A stretch of 64,000 nucleotides of DNA from the human T2T-CHM13v2.0 reference genome, Homo sapiens, in assembly GCF_009914755.1 (NCBI RefSeq), contig NC_060948.1. The stretch is one strand, 5' to 3'. The notes beneath the pieces are model-generated. The model saw only the letters and a program-made list of their open reading frames with translations. It was not told the DNA's origin and made no database searches. The translations under genes were made by a program, and so were the position numbers. This document shows, in pieces, positions 36,089-57,489 of this stretch; within the stretch, counting starts at the first letter, position 1, and each line of letters opens with the position of its first letter.

Positions 36089-36322
36089 CTTTTCTTGTCT
36101 AATGATTTTCTCCCTTGAGAGAACTATACTCCTAAAAAATAAATATAATGACAAAATTTGTTTTCGTTTTTTGATGATAACAGGAATTAAAATTGAATTC
36201 CCCTAATATAACAATGGATAAGGTGTTTATTTGGTATGTCTGATATTCTTTCTCTTTTTTGTGTTTAAAGGGCTCAAAGATATACTGGAGAAATTTGCTC
36301 TCAATCCAACCTTTCATTGTAC
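36089..36322 (-). pseudogene. Two candidate exons (36240-36322 and 36089-36131) with intact acceptors and decayed donors
   Basis: tatcag|GTACAATG gives GTMKGWIESKFLQYIFEPFKHKKEKEYQ; the second acceptor (T-rich ..tttag|GAGTAT) gives EYSSLKGENH*TRK. Inferred phases 1-0 and 0-1 bridge the flanking exons. Confidence 0.4.
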
Positions 36323-36673
36323 CTGATAATACTGACAAGTATAGAAGCTATCCCTATGAGAATGTCCTCTGTAAAACTAGTAAATAAGATATATGTGCAC
36401 TTAAAATGTGTCAGGCATGATTGTAAGCATTTAACAGATATTATTATGCCATGTATTAGCAACACAATGAGAATAAATACAATTATTTTCCCTGTTTTAT
36501 AGCTGAGGAAACTGAGACATAGCAAAATTAAGCTGGGTGTCCATTCACATGGGTAGTAAATGGCTGAGTAGAGGTGCAAACCCAGTTTCTTTGCTCTTAA
36601 ATTCCTATATTTAGACCCCAACATAATCCTCAGCACTGTGCATAAGATAGTGCATGTGATAGGCATGTATTAC

Positions 36674-36819
36674 CTTTGATATAGATATGCTTGTACAAGA
36701 TGCAGATGCAGGAAGTCAAAATCACTCTATAATCTGTCTTCAAGCCAAGAGGCCATGCCTGCACATGAATGTAATTGCCTTTGGAAGTCATGGTCTTTCC
36801 TTGATGCCACATTTTCTCC
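36674..36819 (-). pseudogene. Candidate exon (146 bp) of the minus-strand gene relic
   Basis: ccattcatag| ... AAG|gtaata, after a 71-bp GT-AG intron; open in phase 2 to 1: EKMWHQGKTMTSKGNYIHVQAWPLGLKTDYRVILTSCICILYKHIYIK. Confidence 0.6.
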
Positions 36820-36890
36820 CTATGAATGGATATGTACACTACACAGAATTTTTAACAAGCGTCTGCAGACATTGACACAAAATACCTCAC

Positions 36891-36983
36891 AATAGTGGTA
36901 ATGGGTTTTCAGGCACTAAGCTACTAATTTGCTTTTGCACAATTCCCTTTATAAGCAAGAACATTAATTTGCAAAACTCATCT
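36891..36983 (-). pseudogene. Candidate exon (93 bp) of the minus-strand gene relic
   Basis: tatttttgctccag| ... |gtgagg; open in phase 2 to 2: DEFCKLMFLLIKGIVQKQISSLVPENPLPL. Confidence 0.65.
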
Positions 36984-37228
36984 CTGGAGCAAAAATAATG
37001 CACACATAGCTGAAACGGATGTCTTCTTTGACTCATTCTCAAGCTAAATCTACTCAACCTTGCAGATCTGAGCACATAGTACTATACAGCGCTATGGAAT
37101 GTTTGGGGTTGCCTATCTCTTTTCCTTTCACCTTTTCATGGGCCTGTTAGTCTTTCATATGGCCTTAACAATGGTTAGTTTTTTCTGTTATGAGGGAGAA
37201 AAGTACGATTTTGAAAGACTGCATTTTC

Positions 37229-38381
37229 TTTTTTTTTTCATGATCTATATGGTTTTCTTTTTAATTATCTTTAGTTTTGTGATCACACATAATTTTAAAA
37301 TTTGTGTATATCTCCATTACTTTAATCCTTTTAAGGTGGCAAAAGCACCATTCCCAATCACAAATACACAGTTCTACAGTTTTATGTTTCTGAATGGCTG
37401 TTTAAAGACAATCCTAAATTATAACTTAGTTTGACTTCGACTGTAAAGAATACAAGAGTGAAGTTTAACTTGCTACTATTTTAAAAGCATGTGATCTTAT
37501 AGATCTATAAGATGTGAGAGGTGTTGAATAATCTTTAATATTACACATAAACCACACTAAAATGACTTTCAATAAGTAAAAGGAACCATTTTAAATACAG
37601 GGAATTATAATTAGATTGGCATAGTTAAGGCCAAAACTATAGACATTGCTACCTTATTTATCTTCAACCCTTGCCTTTAAGAGGGAAATGAACACAAAAC
37701 ACAGGTGAATCTTGCTTGGTTCTAAGACAGTGAAAGAATTTCCCCAGTATTTACATATATTCACATAACCAGTTATATAAATCTAAATATAAAACCAATC
37801 TCCAGTAAGTTTTAAGATGGCACTCACCATCTTTGTGAAAAGTTGAACATTACTAACGAAGTCTAATCATATCTTTAGAAGGGGTAAACAGTGATAGCGT
37901 TTACGGAATTGGAGTTACTATTAAAATTCAAAAACTGAACATATTTATTTAACCACAAGCCAGTATTAGTTTTAAATCAGGACTGCCCAACAAAATATTC
38001 TGTCAGTCATTCATGATCTGAATTCTGGTGTATGAGATATATTAAATGATGGTACACATCAAAAAAGTTAGGAGACATTTCTGTTTTGTAATAAATAAGG
38101 CAGTAGCTTACTCATTAGTAGCTTTTTTGAGATAAGCTATCAAGTCTGCCCTTTCTTCCTTTTTCTTAATGCTGACAAAGATCATTTTTGTTCCAGCGAT
38201 GTACTTCTTGGGATTCTCCAAATACTCCATCAGTGTATCCTCTCCGCAAATGATGCCTTTGTTCTTATTGGTGGCTGTGTAAGAATATGCAGGGGCCTGA
38301 CCTGTCTTCTGTTCCCAGTGCCACACCGTTGAAAAGGGAGGCAAGCATAAGACTGGGCCAAATCTCCATGGTCTCTTTGGG
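37229..38381 (-). pseudogene. CYCS: Cytochrome c (somatic) processed pseudogene, 5'-truncated and 5'-inverted
   Basis: Minus strand encodes [66 protein letters not shown] (38108-38309), followed by ~870 bp of 3' UTR and poly(A) at 37229-37238. Plus strand 38310-38381 encodes [24 protein letters not shown]. 18-bp TSD tgaaagact(g/a)cattttct at 37212-37229 and 38382-38399. Confidence 0.97.
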
Positions 38382-38977
38382 TGAAAGACTACATTTTCTA
38401 ACATAATACCAGCCAAAAAATTGAGTAGCACTTTAAAACAAGACAGAGAGACTCACTTTGCTGTGTTTAGAATTGATTTTCTCCTGGAAAATGTAGACTG
38501 GTGTTACATGCCATATTTAGAAGTTAGCCACTTATGCTCTCATAATTTTATTAATAATATAACAAAAGAAATGGGATTTATTGGTAGTGGGAATCTAACA
38601 TACCACAAGAAGGTACAGAAAGACATTGTCTAACATTTACTCTGTATGTTTAATTCTAACTCTACACAAGACAGTCAATTTATGAGGTGGAATACAAGGG
38701 CAGTGTGCATCTAACTTCTAGAACAACAAAGTAGTTACTGTGGTTAAAAAAAATTTAAACTGAATATATGTAGCTAGATAGAGGGATCAAACATATGCAA
38801 ATAAAATATTTCGTATATAATAAGATTTTGTTGTATTAAGTCTCATCTCAAGCATCTATGTTGATCAGCAGAATTACAGAAGGTCAACAGACCTGGTTGT
38901 AAAATAATAAAAATTCAAGTAAGTGATTTGGTCACAAAGCTTTTCCATGATCTGCACTTAGAGAAAGAATACTAGCA

Positions 38978-39062
38978 ACACTGTGTTGAATAGGAGTGTT
39001 GAGAGAGGGCATCCTTGTCTTGTGCCAGTCTTGTGCCCATTCAGTATGATATTGGCTGTGAC
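38978..39062 (-). mobile_element. 85-bp internal L1 ORF2 (RT-region) fragment flanked by a 14-bp TSD
   Basis: Matches the L1 antisense text at 9972-10077. aaagaatactagca is repeated at 38964-38977 and 39063-39076. Confidence 0.88.
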
Positions 39063-39519
39063 AAAGAATACTAGCACACTGAAGAAGAGAAGAAAAAAAA
39101 ATTATGTAACTAAAAGGTTAAAGTAAAGAAGATGTAATCAATTTCTGTGTCTTCTTTCTACAACTACCATTGGGGTTTATGTCTATGGAGAAGAATATCA
39201 GAAGAATAACAGATTTATGGAAAGGGCAATGATACACTCAGAGAAGCTTTACAGAGTGCTAGGAAATATATCCTCCCTTCAAAAGGAAACCAACCATAGC
39301 TATTTATCAATACCCAGACCCAGTATGCACAGAACACACTGACAGGTGCACATAGGCACAAGCTTCTGGCTAATTTTTTCATAAAGCTATACCTTAAGCC
39401 TATGAGGATATGTTTTTCCTAAAATGTTTACCTCTATAAAATAAGTCCTCATGCATTATTTTCAAACTTGTCTAAAATTATGCAAATGTTCTATTATATA
39501 TTCATACTGAAGGTCATTT

Positions 39520-39544
39520 GATTGGAATGAACGGTCCTCTTCAC

Positions 39545-39584
<40 letters not shown>

Positions 39585-39985
39585 CATATATATATATGTG
39601 TGTATATATATATATATATATAAAAATAAAATATCCATTCTGAAGCTATGAAAATGGCCTCATTTGGAAATAGGCTTTTTGCAGATATAATTAAGTTAAT
39701 ATGCGATCATCCTGGATTACGGTGTCTATAAATACAATGACCAGAGTGCTTCGAAGAGATAGAAGAGGAGACAAAGATACAGAGGAGAACTCCATGTGAG
39801 AGGCAGGAAGGAACTTTCCCTAGATCCTCCTAAGGCAGTGCAGCCATGAGACACCTGATTTCTGACTTCTGGTCTCCAGAATGTTTTGAACATCTCTTTT
39901 TTAATTTCATTTTTTAAACCCATTCAATTAGTGGTACGTTGTTATTGCAGCCCTGGGAAACAAAGACAGCCCTGGGAAACAAAGA
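39520..39985 (+). mobile_element. MLT1-like MaLR LTR containing a (TA)n microsatellite (39547-39622)
   Basis: catttggaaataggctttttgcagatataattaagttaa; acacctgatttctgacttctggtctccagaa. Confidence 0.8.
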
Positions 39986-40382
39986 ACACTAGTCCTATAT
40001 AACAATGAGTAATTTTGAGTAGGAAATATAAGTTCTTCAGCATGTACAAATTGATATAGGATTTAAATTGCTAATTTTCCTGCCTTTGTGTTCCCTTTAA
40101 AAATGTATTCAGGCAAAGCAGTGATGCATTTCTAATAACTGATCTTTCCTGTGGGGATGTTGTGAGCACTCAAATTCACATGTCATTAGTCCCTCTATGA
40201 AAAACATAGGAAGCAATTAGCCAAGAGAGCTGGGAATAACATTGCAAAATCATCACTGAATCTCTAAAGTCCCCCTAGAACATAAAACTGAAGTGTCCTT
40301 GAAATAGACTTAATTGGGAAAGCAGCAATTCTCAGATTATTGGTTGCTTAAGCATCACTTGTATGATGTGATCATGAAAAGC

Positions 40383-40761
40383 AGAATATCTATGTGTCAG
40401 TGTACTTTATTCATCCGTCATTGGGTCAGGGTCTGCAGGACAGACCTCTGCAGTTTGGTTCTGTGGTCCCATCCAAATCTCATCTTGTAGCTCCCATAAT
40501 TCCCATGTGTTGTGGGAGGGACCTGATGGGAGATAACTGAAGCGCAAAAATTATGTCTTTCTGATTGGTGAGCCTGTGTGCCTAAAGAAGGGAACAGAGT
40601 CCTGAAGTTTGTACTAGAAGTCATTCTTGTAGGAGAAACTAGAAAAGCACCATGGACAGGGAGTGGTTTTTAGAAGTGGGAATAACCTCTAAGAAGAGAG
40701 GTGGGAGGAAGTTTCTCTGACAGTCGTTAGGACCCAGGAGGCAAGGGTCAGGAGAGATAGG
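40383..40761 (+). mobile_element. Patchwork of three retroviral fragments: LTR 3' end (LTR3/ERVK-like), THE1 5' piece, ERV1 internal (ERV9/HERV-W-like) piece
   Basis: gtactttattcatccgtcattgggtcagggtctgcaggacagacctctgca, then the THE1 start motif ctcccataattcccatgtgttgtgggagggacc (compare 16184 and 26386), then aaaaattatgtctttctgattggtgagcc... The first and third family names are from memory. Confidence 0.55.
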
Positions 40762-41359
40762 ACACATCCCATCTGCAAAAAAGTGCAGATTCTGAAACTG
40801 CATGGTGATTCTCATTCTGTAGGTCTGCAGTGGTTCCCAACACCTGCATATGTATGAGGACTAAGGTGGTCCCAAAGAAGGCGGTCCAATGGGATACTGT
40901 TCTAGAGATAGTTCATGATTATATTCCCATCCTGACACTTCATTACAGTTCCTAGGAAAGTTAGTCAGACTCCCTGGGCCCCAATTTCCTCATTTGTAAA
41001 ATGAGAAAATAATTAATACTGACACCATGCATTGATATTAAGAAAATATGAAATTTAAAAACATACATACATATCCATCTATATACAATATAAAATTATA
41101 TCAACCTTATAATATAAATATCAAATGTAATTAACATTAATATAATATTCATGTTAAATGTAGATATGCAAGTATATATTACAAATATATAAACAAATGT
41201 GTAATTTCCAATAAAGTTTTATAAACATATATGATGGATACTATATATATATTTCTGAGTACAGTATTCTGTCCTATTGAATTTGGCATAAACAGCACCT
41301 TTTAATTTTAATTTTAATACTATTACTTAAAGAGAACACTCAAACATCACAGAGAGTTT

Positions 41360-41612
41360 GCAAGGACAAAAAAACCAAACACCGCATGTTCTCACTCATA
41401 GGTGGGAATTGAACAATGGAGAACACATGGACATAGGAAGGGGAACATCACACTCCGGGGACTGTTGTGGGGTTGGGGGAATGGGGAGGGATAACATTAG
41501 GAGATATATCTAATGCTAAATGACGAGTTAATGGGTGCAGCATACCAGCATGACACATGTATACATATGTAACTAACCTGCACATTGTGCACATGTACCC
41601 TAAAACTTAAAG

Positions 41613-41650
<38 letters not shown>
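41360..41650 (+). mobile_element. L1PA4/5-like 3' end with a (TAA)n tail
   Basis: aaaccaaacaccgcatgttctcactcataggtggg ... ccctaaaacttaaagta(taa)n. Confidence 0.95.
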
Positions 41651-41987
41651 GAAATAGGTATCTGCATTGAATTTTCTCCTAAGATAATACTAACATATAT
41701 AATAATGTTTATTCTTTCTTTTTGCATTGTACCTTACATATGGATTTTGTTTGTTCTTTTCATGCTTTAAAAATATTGGTATCACCTTTAGTCCTTAGAA
41801 GCAACTGCAGAGATTTTTAGGACAAATTTCATGAAAATTGAGGTATGTGTATTTTCTTATACCAGAAATATTTATGGCTATCATCAGTGACTACAACGTA
41901 GGATAAAATATAGAAATTCACAGAGAAGATATAATAATTCAACTCGTTATTGAATTTGGAATTATTTGTTAATTTAAACAAAAATTA

Positions 41988-42276
<289 letters not shown>

Positions 42277-42789
42277 TAAAAGGAATTATAGGGAAAATCA
42301 TATGGAAATCACAATGATAGTTACAATTTCTCCTGTATCAGTGGCTGGACAAGGTCAATGACCTTAGTGGATGCTTTTCAAATAATAGTTCTAATTCCCA
42401 CAACAATCATGGATAAATTAAGAGCAATCTCTTTGTCCTTAATTCAATAAAAGGAATAGAATATGATTTGTAAAATCCCCATAATTTTACACATGTCCGA
42501 ATTATGATAAGCTAGGTAATTTGCACAATTCAATTCAGTGTATGTGTGATGAATCCAGTCACTGAATCAACTTCATTTTGATCCAAAACCCACTTTATCC
42601 TGGAATATGACTCATAAAAGACAAGAAAATAAAAGTGTCAAAAAATAGACTTTTGACATCCGATCACTGGGAAGTCTTGAGAAAGATGTGGGGAAAATGT
42701 AATATACATCCCATGTATATAAAGCACAAACAGTATTCCATATTTTATAAATGATACCAGCTGGGCTCCAGTTCTTGGGTAGAATTGTA

Positions 42790-43137
42790 TTTTTATTTTC
42801 TATTTTGGAGACAGGATTTCACTCTGTTATGCAGGCTGAATGCCCTGGTGCAAACACAGCTCACTGCTGCCTTGACCTTCTGGGCTGAAATAATTCTCTC
42901 ACCTCAGCCTCCGGAGTAGTTAGCACTACAGGCAAGAACAACTGCACCCATCCCACCACTTTTTCTTAAAACATACTACCTATGAAGAGGCACAGGACAT
43001 CACACCCAGCTATATATTTTGTTGTTGTTTGTGATGGGGGTCTCACTATGTTTCCCAGTCTGGTTTTGAACTCAAGCAATCCTCCCACCTCAGCCTCCCA
43101 AAGTGCCGGGATTTTAGGCATAAGCCACAATGCCCAA
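42790..43137 (-). mobile_element. AluJ-like SINE with an internal insertion
   Basis: gagacaggatttcactctgt ... ctcaagcaatcctcccacctcagcctcccaaagtg. Confidence 0.8.
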
Positions 43138-43290
43138 ACAGTATTCTAGATAATATACAAGAAAGCATTTACAAGAGTATGTGATAATATATGAAAATAG
43201 TTTTCAAAATGATTCTCCACAAGTATTTTAAAATAAGATAAATTTGTATTAGTCTGAGGGAGATTGTATTTTGGATAATCTGTCTGTCAT

Positions 43291-48668
<5,378 letters not shown>

Positions 48669-49039
48669 CTGTCTGTTATAAGAAACTTTGTGATAAAAAT
48701 ATTTTTATTGTAAGATCTGGAAAATTAGTCACAGTACTAAAATCTTTTTGACAAGTACTGTAAGATGTTCCCAGAATCTGGAGTTTGAACCAGGACATCT
48801 TTGGATTTCCATTAGGCTGTCTTGAACACACTGGAAAAATATGTACAAAATAGTGGCTGGGTTATAGAGGAACTGAGATGGAGTCAGAAAAACAGTTTTG
48901 TTTCTTATTGTTTGGAAATTCATAGGGAGTGTGAGAAAGTGGTTACCATAAAAAAGAAACAGTCCAGTGGAGAAGGCAACATTGTGGTGTATTGCCTTGG
49001 GTAAGAAAACCCTACCAAAAAAATAAACCTCAAAAGCCA

Positions 49040-49321
49040 AGCATAGTCTCTAATGCCTAGAATCCCAGCACTTCAAGCAGTTGATGGGGGAGAATTGCTT
49101 GAGGCCAGAAGTTTGAGACCACCTGCACAACATAGCAAGACTTCATCTCTGCAAAAACTAAAATAAAAAATTAGCTCAGCATTTTGACATGTGGCTGTAT
49201 TTCCAGCTACTGAGGAGCCTTAGGTGTGAGGATTGTTTGAGCCCAGGATTTGGAGGCTGAAGTGAGCTAAAATGGTGCAACTGCACCCCAATCTGGAATA
49301 GAGTACAAAACCCTGTAAAGA
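49040..49321 (+). mobile_element. AluJ-like SINE, cut at its 3' end by L1 'D'
   Basis: gaattgcttgaggccagaagtttgagacc ... gaggattgtttgagcccagga ... aaaaccctgt. Confidence 0.85.
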
Positions 49322-50355
49322 GAGGACAGCCAAGATGGCCGAATAGGAAGAGCTCCAGTCTACAGCTCCTGGCATGAGCGATGCAGAAGATGGGTGATTT
49401 CTGCATTTCCATCTGAGGTACCAGGTGCATCTCACTAGAGAGTGCCAGACAGTGGGCACAGGACAGTGGGTGGAGTGCACCCTGTGCGAGCTGAAGCACG
49501 GTGAGGCATTGCCTCACTTGGGAAGTGCAAGGGGTCAGGGAGTGCCCTTTCCTAGTCAAAGAAAGGGGTGACAGATGGCACCTGGAAAATCGGGTCACTC
49601 CCACCCTAATACTGCACTTTTCTGATGGGCTTAAAAAACGGCTCACCAGGAGATTATAACCCGCACCTGGCTCAGAGGGTCCTACACCTATGGAGTCTCG
49701 ATGATTGCTGGCACAGCAGTCTGAGATCAAACTGCAAGGTGGCAGCGATGCTGGGGGAGGGGTGCCTGCAATAGCCCAGGCTTGCTTAGGTAAACAAAGC
49801 AGCCAGGAAGCTCTAACTGGGTGGAGCCCACCACAGCTCAAGGAGGGCTGCCTGCCTCTGTAGGCTCCACCTCTGGGGACAAGGCACAGACAAACAAAAA
49901 GACAGCAGTAACCTCCGCAGACTTAAATGTCCCTGTCTGACAGTTTTGAAGAGAGGAGTGGTTCTCCCAACACACAGCTGGAGATCTGAGAATGGACAGG
50001 CCGCCTCCTAAAGTGGGTCGCTGACACCTGACCCCTGAGCAGCCTAAATGGGAGGCACCCCCCAGTAGGGGAAGACTGACACCTCACACGGCCAGTTACT
50101 CCTCTGAGACAAAACTTCCAGAGGAAGGATGAGACAGCAGCATTCACGGTTCATGAAAATACGCTGTTCTGCAGCCACTGCTGCTGATACCCAGGCAAAC
50201 AGCGTCTGGAGTGGATCTCTAGCAAACTCCAACAGACCTGCAGCTGAGGGTGCTGTCTGTTAGAAGGAAAATTAACAAACAGAAAGGACATCCACACCAA
50301 AAACCCATCTGTACATCACCATCATCAAAGACCAAAAGTAGTTAAAACCAGAAAG
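49322..50355 (+). promoter_or_regulatory. L1 5' UTR internal promoter: YY1 site, antisense-promoter region and the ~129-bp segment retained in older L1PA3/PA4
   Basis: CAAGATGGCC YY1 core at ~49331. The segment ctctgagacaaaacttccagagga...gcaaactcc at ~50101-50229 (also ~45767-45895) is absent from L1PA2/L1HS and is the known ZNF93-bound region. Heavily CpG-decayed, so activity is unknown. Confidence 0.7.
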
Positions 50356-51372
50356 ATGGGGAAAAAACAGAGCAGAAAAACTGGAAACTCCAAAAAGCAG
50401 AGTGCCTCTCCTCCTAGAAAGGAACACAGTTCCTCAACAGCAATGGAACAAAGCTGGACGGAGAATGACTTTGATGAGTTGAGAGAAGAAGGCTTCAGAT
50501 AATCAAACTACTCCGAGCTACAGGAGGAAATTCAAACCAAAGGCAAAGAAGTTAAAAACTTTGAAAACAATGTAGACGAATGTATAACTAGAATAATCAA
50601 CATAGAGAAGTGCTTAAAGGAGCTGATGGAGCTGAAAGCCAAGGCCCAAGAACTATGTGAAGAATGCAAAAGCCTCAGGAGTCGTTGTGATCACCTGGAA
50701 GAAAGGGTATCAGTGATGGAAGATGAAATGAATGAAATGAAGTGAGAAGGGAAGTTTAAAGAAAAAAGAATATAAAGATACAAACAAAGGCTCCAAGAAA
50801 TATGGCACTATGTGAAAAGACCAAATCTACATCTGATTGGTGTACCTAAAAGGGACAGGGAAAATGGAACCAAGTTGGAAAACACTCTGCAGGATATTAT
50901 TCAGGAGAACTTCCCCAATCTAGCAAGGCAGGCCAACATTCATATTCAGGAAATATAGAGAACACCACAAAGATACTCCTTGAGAAGAGCAACTCCAAGA
51001 CACGTAATTGTCAGATTCACCAAAGTTGAATTGAAGGAAAAAATGTTAAGGGCAGCCAGAGAGAAAGGTCAAGTTACCCACAAAGGGAAGCCCATCAGAC
51101 TAACAATGGATCTCTCAGCAAAAACTCTACAAGCCAGAAGAGAGGGGGATGCAATATTCAACATTCTTGAAGAAAAGAATTTTCAAACCAGAATTTCATA
51201 TCCAGCCAAATTAAGCTTCATAAGTGAAGGAGAAATAAAATACTTTACAGACAAGCAAATGCTGAGAGATTTTGTCACCATCAGGCCTGCCCTAAAAGAG
51301 CTACTGAAGGAAGCACTAAACATGGAAAGGAACAACTGGTACCAGCCATTGCAAAATTATGCCAAAATGTAA
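50356..51372 (+). pseudogene. L1 ORF1p, disrupted by in-frame stops
   Basis: ATGGGGAAAAAACAG start; C-terminal ORF 50980-51372; stops at e.g. ~50500 and ~50744. Confidence 0.93.
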
Positions 51373-51435
51373 AGACCATCAAGACTAGGAAGAAACTGCA
51401 TCAATTAATGAGCCAAATAACCAGCTAACATCATA

Positions 51436-55265
<3,830 letters not shown>

Positions 55266-55736
55266 TCACTCTCAGTAAACTATGGCAAGAACAAAACACC
55301 AAACACTGCATATTCTCACTCATAGGTGGGAATTGAACATTGAGAACACATGGACACAGGAAGGGGAACATCACACACTGGGGATTGTTGTGGGGAGCGG
55401 GGAGGCGGGAGGGATAGAATTAGGAGATATACCTAATGCTAAATGATGAGTTAATGGGTGCAGCACACTCGCATGGCACATGTATACCTACGTAACTAAC
55501 CTGCAGATTGTGCACATGTACCCTAAAACTTAAAGTATAATAATAATAATAACAAAATAAAAAAAAATAAAATAAATAAAATAAAAGGAGATATACCTAA
55601 TGCTAAATGACGAGTTAATGGGTGCAGCACACCAGCATGGCACATGTATACGTATGTAACTAACTTGCACATTATGCACATGTACTCTAAAATTTAAAGT
55701 ATAATAATAGTAAAATTTAAAACAAACCCTGTAAAG

Positions 55737-56230
55737 AAATAAGGACAGAGAAGAAACAAAAATGGAAGGAGGAAGAGAGGAAAGAAAGAAAGAAGGAAGG
55801 AAGGAAGGATGGAAGGAACGAAGGAAGGAAGGAAGGAAGGAAGAAAGAAAGAGAAAGAAAAGGAAGGAAAGAAAGAACGAAAGAAAGAAAGAAAGAAAGA
55901 AAGAAGAAAGAAAGGAAAGAAAGAAAGAAAGAAAGAGGGAGGGAGAGATGGAGGGAGTGTGGGAAAGAAACAAGGAAGGCAGGAAGGAAGGCAGGAGGGA
56001 GGGAAGGAAGGAAAGAAGGGAGGGAGGGAGAAAGGAAGGAAGGAAGGAATGAAGGAAAGAAGGAAGGAAAGGAAATAAGGAAGGAAGGAGAAAGAGACAG
56101 AAAGAGAAAGGAGGGAAAGGAAGAAGAAAGAGAAAGAAAGAAAGAAAGAAAGAGAAAGAAAGAAAGAAAAAAAAAGAGAAAGAGAGAGCAGAAAGAAAGA
56201 AAAGCAGAAAGAAAGAGAAAAAGAGAAGAA
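55737..56230. repeat. (GAAA/GGAA)n purine-rich tract, about 500 bp
   Basis: Direct inspection; lies where the tail of the 49.0-kb Alu is expected once L1 'D' is removed. Confidence 0.95.
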
Positions 56231-56662
56231 ATAAATCTCAAAAGGAGAAAACCAGTGTAATAAATAAATAGACTCAAAATATTTTGCCTTCACCACACAC
56301 TATAATTTCTTGGTAGTACTCTCCATTGGCCCAATTTATGTAAAATCCAGTTAGCTAACGGATCAAATCCATACAGGACACCATCCCTGGGCAGTCAAGC
56401 TGAATTTCTTATGAGAATTGTTTCTTCATGTTCGAATGAAAATTCCCAGCACTATGTGCCCTCTGCGCTCATCAACATTTCTCCTCATCCACCATCTGGG
56501 ATGGTATTCTATGTCCAATGTCCCCTCAATCATTGTGTCATTGAGGGTGGATTCCGATTTCAGTGAACTCCACATGAAATCTCACATGTCAACCACTCAA
56601 CTCTTGACATACAAGAGAAAAGGTGGAGTAGGAGAAATAAGTAATATTGGGAAAGTCATTGC

Positions 56663-57035
56663 TGCATTAGACAGAATGTCTGTGCCTACCAAAACACACA
56701 TGCTAAACTGCCACCCCCAAGGTGATGGTGTTAGGAGGTGGGGCCTTGAAATCATGGTCCCATGGAAGGCAATGAAGTTATGAGTATGGAGCATCATGAA
56801 TGAGTACCTTATAAATGTGACCCAGAAAGCTCCCTGGCCTCTTCCACCATGTTAGGACACAGTGAGAAGGCACCATTTATCAATCAGGAAACAGGTTCTC
56901 ACCAGGCATTGAATCTACCATGACTTGATCTTAGACTTTCAGCCTCCAGAGATGTGAGCAATAAAATTCTGCTGTTTACAAACCACCAGTCTATTGTTTT
57001 TTAAAAATAATAACTTGAACAAACTAAGACAGTTA
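56663..57035 (+). mobile_element. MLT1A-like MaLR LTR
   Basis: ccccaaggtgatggtgttaggaggtggggcctt; ggacacagtgagaagg; gactttcagcctccaga; aactaagaca end. Confidence 0.85.
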
Positions 57036-57179
57036 CAGACTGCAGCTCTGACACTGGTCACATGACCCAAGTGACAATTATATCTGACTTTTTTCATCCT
57101 GGTTTTCTGTTCCTCTCCCCAGCTGCCAGCAGACTAACTGGATGGTGCAAGTCAAACCCAGTAGAATTTGGCTTTTTAT

Positions 57180-57489
57180 TCTTTTCTTTTTCTTTTTCTT
57201 TTTCTTTTTGAGATAGAGTCTGGCTCTGTCACCCAGGCTGGAGTGCAGTGGCATGCTCTTGGCTCACTGCAACCTCCACCTCCTCAGTTCAAGTGATGCT
57301 CCCTCCCTCAGACTCCCAAGTAGCTGGGATTACACGTGCATGCCACTAAACCCAGCTAATTTTTGTATTTTTGTAAAGATGAATTTCACCATGTTGACAA
57401 GGCTGGTCTTGAACTCCTGACCTCAAGTGATCTGCCTGCCTTGGCTTCCCAAAGTGCTGGGATTATATGCCTGAGCCAAAATGCCTGGC
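57180..57489 (-). mobile_element. AluSx/Sz-like SINE
   Basis: ctcctgacctcaagtgatctgcctgccttgg; T-rich tail. Confidence 0.9.

Noticed and set aside
38108-38431. 107-aa ORF as a novel cytochrome c variant
   Set aside because: The N-terminal part is flanking DNA plus the antisense of the inverted segment; the CxxCH heme motif is absent from this frame.
49176-49841. 221-aa antisense ORF in the L1 5' UTR
   Set aside because: A generic antisense frame of the L1 5' UTR (ORF0 region) running into an Alu; no evidence of expression from sequence alone.
55530-56296. Long F/L/S/P-rich and E/R/K/G-rich ORFs (also 15806-16219 and 3755-4160)
   Set aside because: Translation artefacts of GA-rich simple repeats.
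56400-56625. Unique segment with a minus-strand pyrimidine tract, possible extra exon
   Set aside because: I found no clean AG/GT pair, and the frames I read contain several stops.
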